Positions 59,521-64,000 of a stretch of DNA of 64,000 bases are shown in pieces. Source of the DNA: an uncultured Nitrospiraceae bacterium (GTDB lineage: Bacteria; Nitrospirota; 9FT-COMBO-42-15; HDB-SIOI813); assembly GCA_964611625.1 (NCBI GenBank), contig CAZTAM010000004.1, positions 81,138 through 145,137 of the forward strand, written 5' to 3'. The translations under genes were made by a program, and so were the position numbers. The number at the start of each line of letters is the position of its first letter. The first letter of the stretch is position 1. The notes below the pieces were generated by a model, which was given only the letters and a program-made list of their open reading frames with translations, made no database searches and was not told where the DNA came from.

Positions 59521-60444
59521 TTACCGGTTATCCAGCCTTTTAAGACCATCTGTTCCAGCGGAATCACCGAGATTCCTCAGCTTTTGATAATATTCCCGTG
59601 CCCGTTCATCGAGTCCTTCCTTTTCATACAGTACAGCCAAATTAATGAGGGCCAACCGGTTATTCTCTTCAAGAGAAATCGCCTTGAGCAGCGATTTCTC
59701 CGACTCCGGAAACCGCCCTGTTCCTGCATATACAATTCCCAGGTTAACCAGCGCCGGTACGTAGCTGGCGTCTAATTTCATTGTCTCAAGCAGATATTTC
59801 ATCGATTCATCATGCATATTCATCCTGATCATTAACGTGGCTATATTATTCATGATCTTGTAATTATCCGGGTCTATCTGCAATACCTTCCTGTATACCT
59901 CTGCAGCCTTCAAATGTTCCCCGGACTTCTCATAATTCCGGGCAAGATAAATAAGATTCGTAACCTGTTCGATGCTCTTTGAGTTTTCCGGTTCCGTAGC
60001 TGCATCCCGGGACAAATCCACGATTTCTTCCTGACTGCTGTCAGCAGCTGCATGCTCCGGACTCTCCTTACGGGAAGTCCTTTCGTCTGTCAGCGCCGAA
60101 GACTTAACAGAATCTAATTTGCCGTCTGGCAATGGCGGATTCTTCTGCTGGTTTTGTATCGGTGCTGAAGGTTCCTGGGATTTCTCAGGTTTGGGAAGGG
60201 TGTCCGGGATAGATGCCGTTGTCTCAGAAGGCCTCAAAGGCCTGCTGTTAATATAGTCCGCAAAATACGCAGCAGCAAGTCCCAGACTCAAAGAGGCGCC
60301 GATCAGGATCGAGAAGAACAGGATTCGTCTTCTTCCAGACTCCTTTTTTTTCAGACTGGTAATAGTATCACTAAGGCCAGGCGGGATCTCCTTCTTCAAA
60401 TCAGACTGCTTAATTTTGGATAAGAGATCACTCAGTTGGCTCAT
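59521..60444 (-). CDS. TPR-repeat membrane-anchored protein (MshN-like)
   Basis: N-terminal TM segment, low-complexity linker, about 5 TPR repeats. Convergent with the ExeA/MshM-like gene, with stop codons abutting. Confidence 0.6.
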   Translation of the reverse strand: MSQLSDLLSKIKQSDLKKEIPPGLSDTITSLKKKESGRRRILFFSILIGASLSLGLAAAYFADYINSRPLRPSETTASIPDTLPKPEKSQEPSAPIQNQQKNPPLPDGKLDSVKSSALTDERTSRKESPEHAAADSSQEEIVDLSRDAATEPENSKSIEQVTNLIYLARNYEKSGEHLKAAEVYRKVLQIDPDNYKIMNNIATLMIRMNMHDESMKYLLETMKLDASYVPALVNLGIVYAGTGRFPESEKSLLKAISLEENNRLALINLAVLYEKEGLDERAREYYQKLRNLGDSAGTDGLKRLDNR

Positions 60445-60566
60445 ACATCTCCGTATTCAACAATTTCGGCAAAGAATGATTCATTATATGCTTCCTCCTT
60501 CAATCGAGTCAATTAATTATTCTTTTATCCATGCCGAAACCACGGGGAAAATGTTAAAATGATTTC

Positions 60567-61301
60567 ATGAGCATGATCATTAAAGAAGTTATGGTCAAAT
60601 CCATACTCACCAAAACAGGAATCCCCGGAATTGACTACTGCATCAATCCATACACTGGCTGCTCACATGGCTGCAGGTACTGCTATGCAACCTTCATGAA
60701 GAGATTCACGGCTCACACAGAGGCATGGGGACGCTTCGTGGATGTCCGGATTAACGCGCCTGAAATCCTGCTAAGGCAAATTAAGAGGGGAAATAAACAG
60801 GGCACTATCATCATCAGTTCAGTAACAGACCCCTATCAGCCTGTTGAGAAAAAATATAAGCTTACGAGACAATGTCTTGAAGTACTGCTGCCGTATCATT
60901 TCTCCATCAGCATTCTTACGAAATCCCCTCTTGTCCTTCGGGACATCGACCTGTTTAAGAAGTTCGGCGACATAGAGGTTGGTATTACAATTACAACTGA
61001 TAATGAAAAGATAAGAAAGATATTTGAACCGAATGCCCCGCCCATCGGTGCGAGGATTAATGCAATAAAAACCCTTCATGACAATGGCATTAAGACCTAC
61101 GCCTTTATTGGACCTGTGCTCCCGATGAATCCTGATGTTTTAATAGAAAAGTTAAGCCCGAACGTTGACAGCGTTCTGATTGACAGGATGAATTATACTT
61201 CCAGGACCCGGCAGATATACAGGAATATGAACCTGACTAAATGGCTTGACAGAGATTTTACAGAAAAAGTGATAGAGCGGCTGAAGGAAGGCTTATTATA
61301 G
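60567..61301 (+). CDS. Radical SAM protein of the SplB / DNA-repair-photolyase (COG1533) family
   Basis: INPYTGCSHGCRYCYA, a CxxxCxxC radical SAM motif in the typical SPL-family context. Confidence 0.7.
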   Translation: MSMIIKEVMVKSILTKTGIPGIDYCINPYTGCSHGCRYCYATFMKRFTAHTEAWGRFVDVRINAPEILLRQIKRGNKQGTIIISSVTDPYQPVEKKYKLTRQCLEVLLPYHFSISILTKSPLVLRDIDLFKKFGDIEVGITITTDNEKIRKIFEPNAPPIGARINAIKTLHDNGIKTYAFIGPVLPMNPDVLIEKLSPNVDSVLIDRMNYTSRTRQIYRNMNLTKWLDRDFTEKVIERLKEGLL

Positions 61302-61304
61302 AAT

Positions 61305-61583
61305 ATGAGTGATGATGATATTGACGAGATCCTTGGAATCACGCGATGTGCCCGCTGCGGACAACGCCTGGATGGTGACGTCGAATGTCCCTTCTGTTCT
61401 CTCTTTCCTGAACCTGTGCGAAAAAGGGAGTTTCCCAAATGGATTTATATGACGGCATGTTTTCTGACATCGCCACTCAGCCTCTATTTTGTGATCAGGA
61501 CAGACCGTCTGAATATCGCTGAAAAACTCATCACCTCTGCAGGGTGTATCATCTGGGCCTGGATGTATTTATACTGGTTTTAG
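61305..61583 (+). CDS. Small zinc-ribbon membrane protein
   Basis: CARCG...CPFC ribbon followed by two hydrophobic segments. Starts 4 nt after the radical SAM gene stop. Confidence 0.45.
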   Translation: MSDDDIDEILGITRCARCGQRLDGDVECPFCSLFPEPVRKREFPKWIYMTACFLTSPLSLYFVIRTDRLNIAEKLITSAGCIIWAWMYLYWF

Positions 61584-61637
61584 ATTAATTCGTCTGAATT
61601 TGGAAAATCTTTCGAATTATGTTTAAATATTGTCGTA

Positions 61638-62519
61638 ATGCAGCGCATCGAAAAACAGGGCCATAACAGTCCCTTTCTGATACTTGGCACGACCTTCTTA
61701 CTCGTCCTTCTTATACTGTTCTCCCGGCAGCTACCTGTGTTGGCCGGGGAATCTCTGGTAATCCCGCAGGGAGGCGTCGGGGTTTACGAAATAGAGGCAG
61801 GACCTGAAGATTCAGCTCCATGGGGTAGTATCCGCGGGGAACTGGTACAATTTCGCAAGCTCTCAGAAAGACGGTTTCAGGCCCTGGTCGGGGTTGACAT
61901 GGAGTGGACGGTCGGAGAGTATCCACTCGAGATCCGGGTAATAAACAGCGGGGAGTCCCGTGTGATAGAAAGGAAAACCGTCAGGGTGGTTGACGGGAAG
62001 TTCGCAGTCCAGCACCTCACACTGCCAGGGCATATGGTTGATTTGGATGAGGAAACCCTCGCACGGGTGACACAGGAAAAAGAAAGGATATATGCCTTAT
62101 GGGACACTGGAGAGAAGAAGGCCCAGTGGGATGAAGGATGGCTGATGCCGGTGGAGGGGAAGTTATCCGGCAGCTTCGGCAAACGCCGCGTGATCAATGG
62201 CAACCCCAGCAATCCGCACAATGGTGAAGATATTTCAGCCCCGAAAGGAAGACCGGTCATCTCTCCAAATAGCGGGATAGTCCGTTTGGCAGAGGATCAG
62301 TTCTACGGAGGAAACACCCTTGTCATAGATCATGGCGCGGGACTTTTTACCTTCTACATGCACCTGGACTCACTCAGCGTAAAAGAGGGCCAGCAAGTTG
62401 CAAGAGGAGAACTACTGGGTCATGTAGGGTCAACAGGACGGTCCACAGGCCCCCATCTCCACTGGGGCGGCCGCCTCAACAACGCAAGGATCAACCCGGT
62501 CTCACTGACGCGGCTATAG
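61638..62519 (+). CDS. M23-family metallopeptidase (LytM-like) with N-terminal TM segment
   Basis: HNGEDI (HxxxD) and GSTGRSTGPHLHWG (HxH) motifs. Confidence 0.85.
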   Translation: MQRIEKQGHNSPFLILGTTFLLVLLILFSRQLPVLAGESLVIPQGGVGVYEIEAGPEDSAPWGSIRGELVQFRKLSERRFQALVGVDMEWTVGEYPLEIRVINSGESRVIERKTVRVVDGKFAVQHLTLPGHMVDLDEETLARVTQEKERIYALWDTGEKKAQWDEGWLMPVEGKLSGSFGKRRVINGNPSNPHNGEDISAPKGRPVISPNSGIVRLAEDQFYGGNTLVIDHGAGLFTFYMHLDSLSVKEGQQVARGELLGHVGSTGRSTGPHLHWGGRLNNARINPVSLTRL

Positions 62520-62530
62520 AGGTCATTTCA

Positions 62531-63109
62531 ATTACACCATATCAGCGCACACATTACTATCCGGCATGGGCAACATATCTCTTTGACAACAGGATACGTG
62601 CCTGGTTCCATAACCCCGCGAGGCTCCTTGGCAGGTACGTTGCTGAGGGCGACACGGTTGTTGACATTGGTTCAGGCCGCGGGATCTTTACGCTTGGCAT
62701 GGCTCGGCTCGTTGGTGAGAGGGGACGGGTCATTGCCGTGGATTATCATAAAGGCCTTCTGGAAATGGTTAAGAGAAGGGCAGAGAAGGCCGGGATCACA
62801 GATAGAATCATATTTCATCAATGCAAACAGGATGACATCAGCCTGAACATTGAAGCAGACTTCGCCCTCTCCTTCTGGATGGTCCATGAAGTACCCTTTC
62901 CGGACATGTTCCTAAGGCAGGTCCATGAGATCCTGAAACCTGGCGGAAAATATCTCGTATCCGAACCGAAGCTGCATGTCTCAAAAAGTACTTTTGAAGC
63001 GGAGACAGAGATGGCGAAAGAGGCCGGTTTTCAGATCATAGAAAGACCACAAATAACATTCAGCCATTCTGTGCTACTGGAATTACGGGAACATCTTACT
63101 GAATTTTAA
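62531..63109 (+). CDS. Small class I SAM-dependent methyltransferase with no canonical start codon
   Basis: The continuous frame encodes ...YLFDNRIRAWFHNPARLLGRYVAEGDTVVDIGSGRGIFTLGMARL... upstream of the ORF-track Met at 62699. There is no in-frame ATG, GTG or TTG between the stop at 62270 and 62699. AGAGG Shine-Dalgarno 8 nt before the ATT at 62531. Confidence 0.5.
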   Translation: MTPYQRTHYYPAWATYLFDNRIRAWFHNPARLLGRYVAEGDTVVDIGSGRGIFTLGMARLVGERGRVIAVDYHKGLLEMVKRRAEKAGITDRIIFHQCKQDDISLNIEADFALSFWMVHEVPFPDMFLRQVHEILKPGGKYLVSEPKLHVSKSTFEAETEMAKEAGFQIIERPQITFSHSVLLELREHLTEF

Positions 63110-63189
63110 TCCCTATCCTCTGGCATCTTTTAGGGATAAATTAAGTATGGTGTCCCAGTAACCCGGGAAATCAGTGGGACGTGATTGAT

Positions 63190-63313
63190 ATGTCACACAA
63201 ATATGTGACACGCATAATCCTTCCCCAGGACAATACTGAAAGACGCAAAAATGCTGGCGCTTAAGGAAGATAAATCGCTTAGCGCCCTGATATGGGAATC
63301 CCTTGATGAATAG
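63190..63313 (+). pseudogene. Frameshifted RHH/CopG-like antitoxin remnant
   Basis: MSHKYVTRIILPQDNTERRKNAGA* then, in the +1 frame, MLALKEDKSLSALIWESLDE*. Resembles a ribbon-helix-helix antitoxin split in two. Confidence 0.4.
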
Positions 63314-63445
63314 ATCAGAAAAGAGACGTGGTATAAAGAGGAGGTGGAACTGGAATTATGCCTTTTAGAGAAGGGTTTTAATCCTGGAACAAAGGGCGGC
63401 ATGCCTTGCACACGCTAGGAACTTCATGAACGTAGATAAGTTTTT

Positions 63446-63823
63446 GTGGACACAAATATGCTTCTTTATGCTTATGACAGAGATGCCAGGAAAAAGAATC
63501 ATTTTGCAGCGACTATTATTAAGGACCTCTGGCGAACACGTCTTGGGACTGTAAGCAATCAAATCCTTCAGGAATTTGTTGTTGCTCTCACAAAAAATCT
63601 CTGTGCCTCTGGATATACCGGTTGTCCAAGACACAATCATTTGGCTTTCAAAATGGGATGTTGTGCTTATTGATGTGGATACAATAATACAAGCTACACT
63701 ACAGGAGAAATACAAATACTCATTTTGTGTCTCCTTATCATTGCATCGGCTATCATTGGCAGCGCAAAGACCACTTTCAACATTATTATGAAGGACTTGT
63801 CATCGTTGGAAAGTGTACTCTGA
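63446..63823 (+). pseudogene. Decayed PIN-domain (VapC-like) toxin split across three frames
   Basis: N-terminus VDTNMLLYAYD...QILQEFVV in frame 1, ...VVQDTIIWLSKWDVVLIDVDTIIQA in frame 2, and IIASAIIGSAKTTFNIIMKDL in frame 3. Confidence 0.45.
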
Positions 63824-64000
63824 GTGATAACGGGGTAAAGGAAATAGCTTAGGCTGAGTTTCGTACTGCCATAGAGTCGGAAGAGTAACTGGTACCGAAC
63901 CAAGGGTTTGGCCCGAAGGTGTCTTCTTGGATCGCCAAAATGATGGGAAAGGCGGCTGATGGTACCTGGAACTTTGGCATAGTAGCAGCAGGAAATCTCC

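Noticed and set aside
63193-63903. Minus-strand ORFs (72, 116, 69 aa) at the window end.
   Set aside because: They overlap the TA-remnant region on the opposite strand and have no motifs. The plus-strand PIN/RHH fragments explain the region better.
1-64000. Searched for CRISPR arrays, tRNA, rRNA, tmRNA or SRP RNA, transposase or integrase genes.
   Set aside because: I found no regularly spaced direct repeats, no GGTTCGAATCC-type T-arm signatures in intergenic regions, and no transposase-like ORFs. Absence is based on reading by eye only.

Overview
The window reads as a bacterial chromosomal segment of moderate GC content. The gene content (Rnf complex, cytochrome bd oxidase, c7-type cytochromes, GH57 glycogen genes, MSHA-type pilus) suggests an anaerobic or microaerophilic Nitrospirae- or Deltaproteobacteria-like organism, but this is a guess from gene content only. 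It is densely coding, mostly housekeeping, with several accessory islands.

In order along the window:
- a 5'-truncated site-2 protease
- a glycogen cluster (glgA, pfk, acyP, GH57)
- the rpsF-ssb-rpsR ribosomal operon
- a complete rnfCDGEAB operon
- nrdR, glyA, rpiB
- a methyltransferase, a BNR-repeat lipoprotein, a hydrolase and a YbaK-like gene
- uvrA, then a Xi-class GST and cydAB
- a small cluster (FmdB zinc ribbon, MBL-fold hydrolase, ribA-like, HTH-MBL fusion, trmI)
- an orphan cytoplasmic 4xGAF histidine kinase
- a minus-strand operon of three paralogous c7-like triheme cytochromes plus an amicyanin-like cupredoxin
- htpX, fmt, def
- an unannotatable 345-aa Ser/Thr-rich protein, a TlpA-like redoxin, lpdA, and a PhoB/PhoR-like two-component pair
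- a large beta-propeller lipoprotein followed by a CUT1-type sugar ABC transporter
- a complete MSHA-like type IVa pilus locus
- a tail containing an SplB-like radical SAM gene, an M23 peptidase, a small methyltransferase with no canonical start codon, and a decayed VapBC-like toxin-antitoxin remnant

No rRNA, tRNA, CRISPR or intact mobile element was recognised.

The most promising candidates for an undescribed system are:
- the triheme-cytochrome and cupredoxin operon, which carries a 20-bp perfect palindrome at its 5' end
- the MSHA-like pilus, which has a sigma-54 promoter, a pilin with an Ig-like C-terminal domain, and a predicted c-di-GMP-sensing ATPase
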